This document shows, one piece after another, positions 51,534 through 61,112 of a stretch of DNA of 64,000 nt. The notes under the pieces were generated by a model. It was not told where the DNA came from, did not search any database, and was given only the letters and a program-made list of their open reading frames with translations. The translations under genes and the position numbers were made by a program. Every line of letters begins with the position of its first letter. Position 1 is the stretch's first letter. This stretch comes from Alphaproteobacteria bacterium (lineage in GTDB: Bacteria; Pseudomonadota; Alphaproteobacteria; JABAAW01): NCBI GenBank assembly GCA_014238535.1, contig JABAAW010000001.1:911-64910 (forward strand), in the 5' to 3' direction.

Positions 51534-52928
51534 TTATTTCTTCCATGCTGTAACGCTACACGCGCTGAGGCGATATTTCTTCCGCACTGCTAGACAAGCA
51601 TCTTCTGCAGCCTCGCTGTTGACATAAGGGTATACATACACTGCATAGAGAATACCTTTTGCTCCGTCATTACTGCGGGTTATATCGTATCTTCTGCCAG
51701 AAAATACCGATTTAAACTCGCCACTTAGTTTCTGCCACGCTTGTCTTGCTTGCGATAGCGAGGCGTACTCGCCTAGCCGCACCGCGCTAGTGGTATTTTG
51801 TTTTTCTGTTGAGGTATCCGCCTGTGCGTTCGCATCTTGCTGTGGCTGGGTGTCTAGTTTACTTGTGTTTTGTTGCGCTGGCTTTGCGTTAGATTCTTTC
51901 TCTTTTTCTGACTTATCTTCATTTTCTTGTTTCTGCTTTTCTTCCTGCTTTTCTTCCTGCTTTTCTTTATCCTCTTCCTCTTGTATTTTTTTCTCCTGCA
52001 CTTCTTTTTGTGGCGTAAACTGCGGTAGTAGCGGCGTTTTCTGCTGTTGGCGTAGTTTCAGCCTTTCCTCGAGGATGCGTTTTAGCGGATCGGCGATGGG
52101 TTTTTCTACGGGACCTTTCTCTGGTAGCGAATCGAGCTGCGGAGCGAAGAAGTCTGTTGGCGGTTGAGCGAATGGTAGAGGAGCTATTGGCGTTAGGTTT
52201 GGGCGAAATGGGGGTGCTACCTGCTCGTCTTCGCTCAGTGGTATGGGCGGTAGCCTATCTACTGGTTGCGAGCCACTGCTATGGACGATGCCGGCTATCG
52301 AATCGTATGAGATAAGCTGCCTTTGTATTACTGGCGCAAGCCCCAAGCCTGGCGTGCGAAACTCGACTATGCGTGCCAATGCTGGCGAGTATTTGTAGAT
52401 TAATGCATCTGCGTTTTTTCTTTGGCATAGGACATCGAATGTATCGAAGATTCCTGCAGGTGTTGGCGTCTGTTGTTTTTCACCCACTATGCAGTTCCAT
52501 GTAAGGCTACGCTTCTTACCACTAAAGGATGTATTGGCGACGAAACGCAAGCTATTGCCTTTCTTAATGGGGAACAGGCTGCCACTAATTTGCGTGATGC
52601 TACGTCTGCCGTTACCGTAGCGCAGGCTCTGCCAAGCGAATGCTGGCAGGAATGGGTCGGTGCTGGTTTCCATGCGTTCGCCACTGTCGCTCTCCCACAG
52701 TAGTCTGTTGCTGGTGATGCCGTTTATGCGCCAGGTTGTTTGCGGATTATCGTATGTGAAGGTGTCGCCGATGGCGAAGTTCTTCTCACTGGGCTGCTTT
52801 AGCAGTGCTTTTTTGAAACCATCGCCTTTTTTGTATTGCTGTATGCTGGCATCCCTCCCGTCACTAGTGCATGCGATGGTTAGAAGGCAGTAGGTTACTG
52901 CTATAACTAGTGCGCGTGGAAAGGTCAT
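51534..52928 (-). CDS. Lipoprotein with unknown N-terminal domain, Pro/Glu/Lys-rich linker and C-terminal SPOR-like domain
   Basis: Lipobox-like LTIAC; TPAGIFDTF; VRLGEYASLSQARQAWQKL...YAVYVYPY...AAEDACLAV...C resembles SPOR. Confidence 0.72.
   Translation of the reverse strand: MTFPRALVIAVTYCLLTIACTSDGRDASIQQYKKGDGFKKALLKQPSEKNFAIGDTFTYDNPQTTWRINGITSNRLLWESDSGERMETSTDPFLPAFAWQSLRYGNGRRSITQISGSLFPIKKGNSLRFVANTSFSGKKRSLTWNCIVGEKQQTPTPAGIFDTFDVLCQRKNADALIYKYSPALARIVEFRTPGLGLAPVIQRQLISYDSIAGIVHSSGSQPVDRLPPIPLSEDEQVAPPFRPNLTPIAPLPFAQPPTDFFAPQLDSLPEKGPVEKPIADPLKRILEERLKLRQQQKTPLLPQFTPQKEVQEKKIQEEEDKEKQEEKQEEKQKQENEDKSEKEKESNAKPAQQNTSKLDTQPQQDANAQADTSTEKQNTTSAVRLGEYASLSQARQAWQKLSGEFKSVFSGRRYDITRSNDGAKGILYAVYVYPYVNSEAAEDACLAVRKKYRLSACSVTAWKK
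51933..51967. repeat. 12-bp tandem repeat (CTGCTTTTCTTC, ~3 copies; KQEE) in the SPOR lipoprotein linker
   Basis: Direct reading of sequence. Confidence 0.8.
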
Positions 52929-53009
52929 ATTGTAGTTAGGTGCGATCAGCTTATGATTAGGACAATGCGATAATAGTTTATATTAGTATTATTCAGGTCA
53001 AGTATTAGT

Positions 53010-53666
53010 TTAGCATAAGTAGTTGCGTTTGCGCCGTAACAAGACATAACGAGCCCCCGAGCCTCCATCGCGAGCTTGTGCCAAGCAATGTCCTAGTACT
53101 ATATGCTTTAAAGTTTGCTCGCCCAACAGCATTGGCAGGTCGTTGCGTAACAGCCCCTTACCCTTACCTGTGATGATTAGCAAACAGCGCTTTCCTTGAG
53201 CGTGGTAGTTGGGAATCTGCGTACGCAACGCTGCTGCTGCTGCTGCGCGTGTCATGCCGTGCAGGTCCAGAGTAATCTCGATGGGAACGTTACCTCGCCG
53301 TAACTTTTGCGCTAATCGACGATCTAACCCGCTAGCCTTGCTTTGCTCTAAGTCACTCACGCTCGCTGCTGTAGTTACTTTTGTTGTATTTTTTTTCGCG
53401 AGGTTAGCAGCAGAACTACTAGCGATATTAGAAAGAGGGTTTTTCTTTTCGTTGGCGATGTTGTCGTCTTTACGGAATTCTCGATAGCTCTGCCCATGGT
53501 TTTTCCCATAGTTTTTACTATGGCTTTTCCTATGATTTGTTATAGGTTTGTTTATGATCTTGCGCGTGCTACGCATAATCGCACGCCACAAGTCGCTACC
53601 CTCCTCGCTTCCTTCTGCGCTGTGTTTTTGTTCGTCTATTTTTCTCCCCATTTTCACCGCCAGCAA
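53010..53666 (-). CDS. Smr/MutS2 domain protein
   Basis: LRRGNVPIEITLDLHGMT, LIITGKG, RDGGSGARYVLLR; start probably ATG 53651. Confidence 0.9.
   Translation of the reverse strand: MLAVKMGRKIDEQKHSAEGSEEGSDLWRAIMRSTRKIINKPITNHRKSHSKNYGKNHGQSYREFRKDDNIANEKKNPLSNIASSSAANLAKKNTTKVTTAASVSDLEQSKASGLDRRLAQKLRRGNVPIEITLDLHGMTRAAAAAALRTQIPNYHAQGKRCLLIITGKGKGLLRNDLPMLLGEQTLKHIVLGHCLAQARDGGSGARYVLLRRKRNYLC
53484..53543. repeat. Five degenerate 12-bp tandem units in the Smr gene (NHRK SHSK NYGK NHGQ SY)
   Basis: ATAGCTCTGCCC ATGGTTTTTCCC ATAGTTTTTACT ATGGCTTTTCCT ATGATTTGTTAT. Confidence 0.65.
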
Positions 53667-53672
53667 GGGTTT

Positions 53673-54593
53673 TTACCCGCTCGATAATGGTAGTATGAAC
53701 TCGGCGCATACGGGCACATGGTCGGATGGTCGTTCCCACTGCCTAGTTTCTTTTAGAACCTCGACAGATTTGAGTAACGGAGCGAGCGTCGCATCCGCCC
53801 AGATATGGTCTAGCCTACGCCCATAGCCTTTAGCGTATGGCTGGCGATAGCTCCACCAACTGTAGAGTTTATCAGACGGTGGGTAGATAACGCGCATCAC
53901 ATCGCACCAACCGCCGCTTTCTTGCGCGTGGTTGAAGCGAGAAACCTCTTCTTCTGTATGCGAGACTACTCGTAGCATTTTTTCGTGTGCCCATACATCG
54001 TTTGGTAGCGGAGCGATGTTCAAGTCTCCCAATAGCAGGCAAGGATTATTAGCGGCATTTTTCTGTTGTGCGTTCGTGTTTGCAAAATGGTTTGCTATCT
54101 CCTCGACGAAGTTTAGTTTATGCTGAAACTTTTCATTTAGTATAGGGTCGGCGACATACCCACCCGCTGGCACATAAAGGTTATGCACGGTTAGGATTTT
54201 ACCATCCGAATGATTTTTACTAGTAGAGTTTTTGCTGTGTATATCGATGTTTACGGCTAAATGCCGACAATCTTTTTTTCCGCAAAAGTTTATATGCGAA
54301 GATTCGATGATCGGTAGGCGCGATAGAGTCGCGACTCCATTATAGGATTTTTCGCCACGCACGGCGATATGGTCAAAGCCCCACGCATTGAATTCTTTAT
54401 AGGGAAATAGTTTGTCTTCTACTTTTGTTTCCTGCAGGCATAGTATGTCTGGTTTTAGTAGTTCGACTATGCGAGCGAGTGCGTTGATGCGCAAGCGAAC
54501 GGAGTTCACATTCCATGTGACGACACGAATATATTTAGTCGCGTTAGGCATAAGCCCAGCATCATAGCATGCGTTTTTATACATTATTGGCAT
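53673..54593 (-). CDS. xthA: Exodeoxyribonuclease III
   Basis: TWNVNSVR, LQETK, YNGVA, GDLNIAP, YSWWSYR, RLDH, SDHVPV; start may be ATG 54551. Confidence 0.95.
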   Translation of the reverse strand: MPIMYKNACYDAGLMPNATKYIRVVTWNVNSVRLRINALARIVELLKPDILCLQETKVEDKLFPYKEFNAWGFDHIAVRGEKSYNGVATLSRLPIIESSHINFCGKKDCRHLAVNIDIHSKNSTSKNHSDGKILTVHNLYVPAGGYVADPILNEKFQHKLNFVEEIANHFANTNAQQKNAANNPCLLLGDLNIAPLPNDVWAHEKMLRVVSHTEEEVSRFNHAQESGGWCDVMRVIYPPSDKLYSWWSYRQPYAKGYGRRLDHIWADATLAPLLKSVEVLKETRQWERPSDHVPVCAEFILPLSSG

Positions 54594-54707
54594 GCTTTTT
54601 GCTGTTTGCTTACTAGAATTTGTTTTTCGAAAAGGTAAGCAATCGTTAGCCAGCTGCTGTTGCGTCCTTTGCTCGTTATTTACAACTATTTACGGATGGA
54701 TTGCACC

Positions 54708-55439
54708 ATGCCTTTAACGAAGCCCATAATGGCGCCTCTAACAAAGATTTTGACAAAAAAGTTAACGAAACCATTTCGTATAGCGATATTCGCTGTTTTC
54801 AGCTTGCTTCTTGTGCTTGCGCCTATACGTACTGCGCGCGCTTGGTATGTGGGTTTCGATGGTTACTACGGAGTAGTCGGTATCGATAGCGTGATCGACG
54901 AACTAGTGATAGTCGTTGATTCTGGTGATAGGCTACAACACGGAGGCGGTGCTAAGTTCAATTTTGGACTAGGTCGTAAATGGGTCACCGAATTTTCGGT
55001 TGGTATTTTTCAAGGGTATCGCTATTCGATCGATCTCCGAGCTGGCACCCAAGCGATATTACAAGAGCTTGTAAATGATGCTGTCCACAATAGGGCATTC
55101 GATGTTCCTATCTCGACGTTAGTAGGGTCTCGCTACCAGACGCCGCAACTCTATGCGACGATTGGACTAGAGGGGCGTTATTATATTTTGGGTGATTTTG
55201 CCTATGACCCCGATGTTCCTAACGATATTTTCTTTGGGTTTGGTGGCGATTGGTCTGTACCTAGTTTTTGGCAGGGCTCTGATTTTCTATCGATAATGCC
55301 ATCGATGAAGTTAGTTGGCGGCTATACGCGACGGTTGACGCGTTCGTTGTTTATGGAAATTGGAACGGAAGTCAATATCGTGCCGACTCCACCTGCAAAC
55401 ATCTTTAACCTGCGATTAGGCTTGAAGTACGCCTTCTAG
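54708..55439 (+). CDS. Putative small outer-membrane beta-barrel protein, paralog 1
   Basis: Signal peptide ending ARA, alternating aromatic/Gly strands, C-terminal LRLGLKYAF beta-signal; start uncertain. Confidence 0.72.
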   Translation: MPLTKPIMAPLTKILTKKLTKPFRIAIFAVFSLLLVLAPIRTARAWYVGFDGYYGVVGIDSVIDELVIVVDSGDRLQHGGGAKFNFGLGRKWVTEFSVGIFQGYRYSIDLRAGTQAILQELVNDAVHNRAFDVPISTLVGSRYQTPQLYATIGLEGRYYILGDFAYDPDVPNDIFFGFGGDWSVPSFWQGSDFLSIMPSMKLVGGYTRRLTRSLFMEIGTEVNIVPTPPANIFNLRLGLKYAF

Positions 55440-55528
55440 GTGTTTGCTAGGGTTGTTACTCTTTGCGTGCTTTCTATGTTACTATTGCGCCTAGTGCGGG
55501 TCGATATTGCTTTCTTTGTGGGTATGAA

Positions 55529-56107
55529 ATGATTACAAAATTTTTATCGAGAAACGGCTACTTGGGGCGTTTTGTAGCCCTCGCGTTGCTTTTAGTCTGC
55601 GGAATGACTACATCGATACCCTCTGCAGGCGGGGTAGAGTTATCGGCTGCATTCGGCTATGGCTTGCAAGGTGCTACGGGTGGCGGAGCCCCGTACCTCA
55701 AGGGCTCGGTGTCTTTCGGTAGAAGATTTGTCGTAGACTTTAATGGCGGTGTGATCTTCGCTGCCCCTGAACTACGTTTTTCCAACTTCAACAACACTGT
55801 CCCGATTAAAGAAAAGATTAGCGATGCTAAATCACTAGGAGGTAGCGAGCTGTATCTAGTTGGTATGGACGTTCGTGTCATGATGCGCAAAGGCTCTAAA
55901 AGGCATAATGTCTATATCGGAGGAGGTGTCGATTGGCTACCGCAACTTGCGACCTACTACCCTGGTGTAAAGTTGTCGGCTGGCTACCAGCTATCTTTGC
56001 TAAAAAAGCGCAGCCTAGTCTTGCGTTTTGGTTCGGAGTATTACCTATACGGAGTAATTCCAGTAAACACATTCTCACTTAACTCGGCGATTGGCTATCG
56101 CTTCTAA
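55529..56107 (+). CDS. Putative small outer-membrane beta-barrel protein, paralog 2
   Basis: Signal peptide, amphipathic strands, C-terminal LNSAIGYRF. Confidence 0.72.
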   Translation: MITKFLSRNGYLGRFVALALLLVCGMTTSIPSAGGVELSAAFGYGLQGATGGGAPYLKGSVSFGRRFVVDFNGGVIFAAPELRFSNFNNTVPIKEKISDAKSLGGSELYLVGMDVRVMMRKGSKRHNVYIGGGVDWLPQLATYYPGVKLSAGYQLSLLKKRSLVLRFGSEYYLYGVIPVNTFSLNSAIGYRF

Positions 56108-56132
56108 CTTCGATTCGGATGGATTTTTTGTA

Positions 56133-56660
56133 ATGCGCCTTACTTCTTCTTTTTTCTCCTACATGGTCAGATTACTGTCGCTATTGTTTGTCTTTTCGCT
56201 TTTTTCTTCACCTGCACAAGCGGGCTTTATTTCGATCGATGGGCAGGTTGCGCCGCTCATGAATCCGCTCAGCGGAAGGTTCAAGGTAGGCGGAGGAGAT
56301 GCGCTACGGCATTTTTTATTTGAGGCAAATATATCGAACATACCAGTGGAGAATGTTGTTATCTATAAAGGTCTTTCTCGTGAAACTAGGGTAGACTATC
56401 CGGTATTTATAGGTTTTGATTCGCGTTACTATTTTTTATCGCCGCTTGCCCTAACAGCCAAGCGCAACGACATATACCTTTCTTTAGGCTTGGAGTTCCC
56501 TGTCTCGGCGCAGAATTTTTTACCTGGTTTTAAGATAGGTGGTGGTTATTCCTTGCGCCTGCACCGCCGTATTTTTCTAGAGTTGGGGCTCGATTATTAC
56601 TTCTACGGCACATTTAACAACGAGTTGTTTGTAGGTCCTGGTTTGAAGGTTGTCTTCTAG
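56133..56660 (+). CDS. Putative small outer-membrane beta-barrel protein, paralog 3
   Basis: Signal peptide ending AQA, amphipathic strands, C-terminal VGPGLKVVF. Confidence 0.72.
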   Translation: MRLTSSFFSYMVRLLSLLFVFSLFSSPAQAGFISIDGQVAPLMNPLSGRFKVGGGDALRHFLFEANISNIPVENVVIYKGLSRETRVDYPVFIGFDSRYYFLSPLALTAKRNDIYLSLGLEFPVSAQNFLPGFKIGGGYSLRLHRRIFLELGLDYYFYGTFNNELFVGPGLKVVF

Positions 56661-56731
56661 GCACTGTATTTTTATCCGAGTTCTACTAAAAAGCGAATAA
56701 CTGTCACTAGCTCTCGTGCTATAAGAGGTGT

Positions 56732-58291
56732 ATGGTATCCTATGTCCATACGCTGATGTTTCAGGGTGTTGATGCGCGGCGAGTTGAGGTTCAAGTGGGG
56801 CTTAGCGGTGGGTTGCCTAGCTTTAACATAGTTGGTCTAGCGGATAAGACGGTCGGTGAATCGCGCGAGCGCATTCGCTCGGCGCTTGCACATTCGGGAT
56901 TGGCTTTACCGCCGAAACGCATCACGGTTAACCTTTCGCCTGCAGATTTGAGCAAGGAAGGAAGCCATTTCGACCTACCGATTGCGCTTGCGCTACTAGT
57001 TGCCTTGGGGGTACTAGAGCAGGAGAGCATAGAGCCATACATCGCGCTAGGCGAGTTAGGCTTGGATGGTCGTCTGCTCCCCGTTGCTGGTATCTTGTCT
57101 GGCGCGATAGCAGCGCATAGTTATGAGAAAGCCCTTCTATGCCCGACGCCGAACGGTAGCGAGGCTGCGTGGGTCGGTGGCTTATCTATCCTCTGTGTAG
57201 ATTCTTTAGCGCAGGCGTTGCAACAACTACAAGAGCCGCTACCGCCCTCGCGCCCTTGCCGTAGTCAAGGCTATGTGGCGCCCTCTCCTTACGATTTCTC
57301 TGACTTAAAGGGGCAAGAGAGCGCGCGTCGAGGTATCGAGATAGCGGCGGCGGGTGGGCATAATTTGCTGATGACTGGCACGCCTGGTGCGGGCAAGTCC
57401 ATGCTTGCCGAACGCCTTCCGACGATTCTACCGCCGATGACTGCGATGGAAATTCTAGAAACGGCTCGTATCCAATCGATTGCTGGTGATTTCCTTAACG
57501 ATACGGAATCTGGAGGTAAGGGACCTAGCGCCCAGCGTCCATTTCGTTCGCCGCATCACTCGGCATCACTACCAGCGTTAGTGGGAGGTGGACGCAATGC
57601 TCTACCGGGCGAAATTTCTCTTGCCCACAACGGCGTTTTATTCCTCGATGAGCTTCCAGAGTTTTCGCGCCAAGCACTCGAAGCATTGCGCCAACCGTTA
57701 GAAAGTGGAAGCATATCGGTTGCGCGTGCGCACGCGCATGTGACCTACCCTGCGCGTTTTCAACTTATAGCCGCTATGAATCCGTGTCGATGCGGCTATT
57801 TGGACGATCCTAAACGCAGCTGTCGCAGGGCACCGCTTTGTGCCGAAGATTACCAGAAAAAGCTATCGGGACCGCTGCTTGATCGTATCGATATATTCCT
57901 AGCGGTAGAGCCTGTCGAGCCCTATCAGTTATCGCCTGGCGAGTGTGGGGAAAGTTCGGCGGACATCGCTGAAAGGGTTCTACGCGCGCGTCAAGTGCAA
58001 ATAACTCGCTACACTTCCTGTGCGAACGCTAATGCAAGGGCTATGGTATTGTGCAACGCACACCTACCAGCGGGTGATATCGAGAGGCTAATCGACGTCG
58101 AGGAGGACGGTTTGGCGATACTGCGTAATGCTACCGAGAAATTTTCACTTTCTGCTCGTGCTTACTATAAAACTCTGAGGGTTGCTCGCACGATTGCAGA
58201 TTTGGCAGGACACGAAAAGGTCGCCCGTTCTGCCGTGTCGGAAGCCTTGTCGTTTCGTAGGCTATCGCTTAAAGACATCCACCACACTTGA
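56732..58291 (+). CDS. comM: YifB/ComM Mg-chelatase-like AAA+ ATPase
   Basis: IVGLAD..V.ESRERIR, NLSPADL.KEGSHFDL, GTPGAGKS, PGEISLAHNGVLFLDE, AMNPCRCG. Confidence 0.95.
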   Translation: MVSYVHTLMFQGVDARRVEVQVGLSGGLPSFNIVGLADKTVGESRERIRSALAHSGLALPPKRITVNLSPADLSKEGSHFDLPIALALLVALGVLEQESIEPYIALGELGLDGRLLPVAGILSGAIAAHSYEKALLCPTPNGSEAAWVGGLSILCVDSLAQALQQLQEPLPPSRPCRSQGYVAPSPYDFSDLKGQESARRGIEIAAAGGHNLLMTGTPGAGKSMLAERLPTILPPMTAMEILETARIQSIAGDFLNDTESGGKGPSAQRPFRSPHHSASLPALVGGGRNALPGEISLAHNGVLFLDELPEFSRQALEALRQPLESGSISVARAHAHVTYPARFQLIAAMNPCRCGYLDDPKRSCRRAPLCAEDYQKKLSGPLLDRIDIFLAVEPVEPYQLSPGECGESSADIAERVLRARQVQITRYTSCANANARAMVLCNAHLPAGDIERLIDVEEDGLAILRNATEKFSLSARAYYKTLRVARTIADLAGHEKVARSAVSEALSFRRLSLKDIHHT

Positions 58292-58460
58292 CTAAGTTAT
58301 TTCCAAGATAATTATTAAGGGATTTACTACCGATTTTCATCCGATAATAAAGCCTTGCTTGAGATAACAAAAGTGTCTACCTATTAGCATGCGTTGATTA
58401 GTAAGCGCGTTTTGTTGGCTAGGTGTTAGACCAAGGGTAGGTTTAGTCGGAGGCACATAA

Positions 58461-58856
58461 ATGATAGCAAATAACGATACTACGAACGAAGCGCAAGCTC
58501 GCCCCATGTCGCCCCACTTGCAGATCTATCGTTGGCAATGGACGATGGTTTTCTCGATCGCCCATCGTCTTACGGGCTTGTATATTTCTGCTGGTATAGT
58601 TTTCTTGAGTGCCAAGTTAATCGCCCTTGCTTTCGCTGGTGCGGACAACTTCGCAAGGTTCACCATGGTTGCGCAGCACCCGTTCTTTCTTGTGCTGAAG
58701 ATTATTTTCACCTGGTGCTTACTCTATCACATGCTGAACGGCGTGCGTCATTTGCTATGGGATACGGGGGTGCTGCTAGGGCTTGGAGGCGCGCGCGCTT
58801 CTGGCTATCTAGTGTTCCTATTGTCGCTCATTTTTAACACACTCTACTGGATTTAG
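58461..58856 (+). CDS. sdhC: Succinate dehydrogenase cytochrome b556 subunit
   Basis: RPMSPHLQIYR, SIAHRLTG, HMLNGVRHLLWD. Confidence 0.95.
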   Translation: MIANNDTTNEAQARPMSPHLQIYRWQWTMVFSIAHRLTGLYISAGIVFLSAKLIALAFAGADNFARFTMVAQHPFFLVLKIIFTWCLLYHMLNGVRHLLWDTGVLLGLGGARASGYLVFLLSLIFNTLYWI

Positions 58857-58876
58857 AGCGGTCTTGGGATACAGGA

Positions 58877-59266
58877 ATGCTGCGTTTTTTGTTTCATGTG
58901 TTTTTCCCCCGTAACGACAAGAGCGGGCGTGCGCATTGGGTTGCACAGCGTGTGAGCGCGTGTGCGTTATTGCCTCTATACGGATGGTTGCTCTTGTCAG
59001 CGCTGCCAATGGCTGGAAAGCTGCACTACAACGAGCTTTTAGCGTGGATGGGCGAGCCATTTAATGCAGTCATGATTGTATTGCTGATATACTTCTCGAT
59101 GCGCCATATGGCATTAGGTATGGAGGTTATCATCGATGACTACATTGCGCATCCAACTTTAAATCGTATCGCGTTGCTAGTAATGCGCTGGAGTACCTTG
59201 CTATTGGCACTCTCGGTTCTTACGGCGAGCGCGAAAATTATCTTTTTCCCTTCGTTTTCCCTGTGA
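58877..59266 (+). CDS. sdhD: Succinate dehydrogenase membrane anchor
   Basis: HWVAQRVSA, HMALGMEVIIDDY. Confidence 0.92.
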   Translation: MLRFLFHVFFPRNDKSGRAHWVAQRVSACALLPLYGWLLLSALPMAGKLHYNELLAWMGEPFNAVMIVLLIYFSMRHMALGMEVIIDDYIAHPTLNRIALLVMRWSTLLLALSVLTASAKIIFFPSFSL

Positions 59267-59285
59267 GTGCGCTATCGCGTAAGCC

Positions 59286-61112
59286 ATGATGGGAGCTGCC
59301 TACGATATAGTCGATCATTCGCACGATGTTTTGGTGGTCGGTGCTGGCGGTAGCGGTTTACGGGCAACGCTAGGCGTTCTTGAGGGTGGCTTCAGCACTG
59401 CTTGCATCAGTAAGCTGTTTCCCACTCGCAGTCATACGGTTGCAGCGCAGGGAGGCATTTCTGCCTCGCTTGGCAATATGGGCGAGGATCATTGGTCGTG
59501 GCACATGTATGATACGGTTAAGGGTGCGGATTGGCTTGGCGATCAAGATGCCATTGAATATATGGTCAGGGCGGCGGTCGATTCGATTGTCGAGCTAGAG
59601 CACTACGGCATGCCTTTTAGTCGTACGGAGGCTGGGAAGATTTACCAACGCCCCTTTGGAGGAATGACTACTCGCTTTGGCAAGGGACCTGCTGCTGAAC
59701 GCACTTGCGCTGCTGCTGATCGCACAGGGCATGCGATGCTACACACGCTCTACCAACAATGCCTGAAAAGGAAAGCGGACTTTTATATCGAGTATTTTGT
59801 GCTCGATTTGCTGATGGACGATAGCGGTCGATGTTGCGGGGTTTTAGCATGGAATTTAGCAGATGGTAGTTTGCATCGATTTCGTGCGCGCGAGACAATT
59901 TTGGCGACAGGAGGTTATGGTCGCGTTTATTTTTCTTGCACGTCGGCGCATAGCTGTACTGGTGATGGAGGTGGTATGGCGTTGCGTGCTGGTTTGCCTC
60001 TACAGGACCCTGAGTTTGTGCAATTTCACCCGACGGGTATTTACGGAGCTGGTTGCCTAATCACTGAGGGGGCTCGTGGCGAGGGCGGATATTTAACGAA
60101 CAGCACTGGCGAGCGTTTTATGGAACGCTATGCGCCATCTGCTAAGGACTTGGCTTCGCGTGATGTTGTCAGTCGTGCTATGACGCTAGAAATACGCGAA
60201 GGTCGAGGCGTGTGTGCAAAAGGCAAAGCTAAGGGAGATCATATTCTCCTACACTTGGAGCATCTTTCGCCGAAAGTCTTACACGAACGCCTTCCGGGTA
60301 TTTCGGAAACTGCGCGTATCTTTGCCGATATTGATGTGACCAGACAACCGATTCCAGTGTTGCCGACATGCCACTATAATATGGGAGGTATTCCAACTTT
60401 GCACTCTAGCGATGTTGTGAATCCGAAAGGCAACGATAACGACCGCATTGTCGAGGGTCTGCTTGCTATAGGTGAGGCGGGTTGCGTCTCTGTGCATGGG
60501 GCTAACCGCTTGGGATCAAACTCGCTGTTGGATTTGGTCGTCTTTGGTAGAGCTGCTGCTCAGACTTGTGTCAATCGTTTGCAGGGTGGCAATGGAGCGG
60601 CACCGAACCCTTCTTCTACATCCGAACAGCAGTCGCTGGCGCGTTTCGATGCCTATCGTTATGCTAAGGGTAAGTATTCTACCGCTAGTTTGCGTGATGC
60701 ACTGCAACATTTAATGCAGGAGGATTGTTCAGTTTTTCGCACGGAGAAAATATTAGCGGCTGGTTTGCAACGGATCATTAAATTATGGTCGCAGCTTCCT
60801 TCCATTTCTATATCCGACCGTACGTTAATATGGAATTCGGATCTGATGGAGACCTTGGAGTTTGAAAATCTTTTGTTGTGCGCGACGGCGACTCTTTCCT
60901 GCGCGCACCAGCGCAAAGAGAGTCGTGGTGCGCATGCGCGCGAAGACTTTCCCAAGCGCGACGATGACAAGTGGATGCAGCATTCTTTGATATGGCTTGA
61001 CAAGGGCGAGGGCAAGGATAAGGGTAAGTTTAGCTCGCGTTTTGCTACGCGTCCTGTGCATGCGAAACCATTAACCGCAGAGCCGATTCCTCCGCAAGAA
61101 AGAGTATATTGA
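59286..61112 (+). CDS. sdhA: Succinate dehydrogenase flavoprotein subunit
   Basis: [37 protein letters not shown]. Confidence 0.98.
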   Translation: MMGAAYDIVDHSHDVLVVGAGGSGLRATLGVLEGGFSTACISKLFPTRSHTVAAQGGISASLGNMGEDHWSWHMYDTVKGADWLGDQDAIEYMVRAAVDSIVELEHYGMPFSRTEAGKIYQRPFGGMTTRFGKGPAAERTCAAADRTGHAMLHTLYQQCLKRKADFYIEYFVLDLLMDDSGRCCGVLAWNLADGSLHRFRARETILATGGYGRVYFSCTSAHSCTGDGGGMALRAGLPLQDPEFVQFHPTGIYGAGCLITEGARGEGGYLTNSTGERFMERYAPSAKDLASRDVVSRAMTLEIREGRGVCAKGKAKGDHILLHLEHLSPKVLHERLPGISETARIFADIDVTRQPIPVLPTCHYNMGGIPTLHSSDVVNPKGNDNDRIVEGLLAIGEAGCVSVHGANRLGSNSLLDLVVFGRAAAQTCVNRLQGGNGAAPNPSSTSEQQSLARFDAYRYAKGKYSTASLRDALQHLMQEDCSVFRTEKILAAGLQRIIKLWSQLPSISISDRTLIWNSDLMETLEFENLLLCATATLSCAHQRKESRGAHAREDFPKRDDDKWMQHSLIWLDKGEGKDKGKFSSRFATRPVHAKPLTAEPIPPQERVY

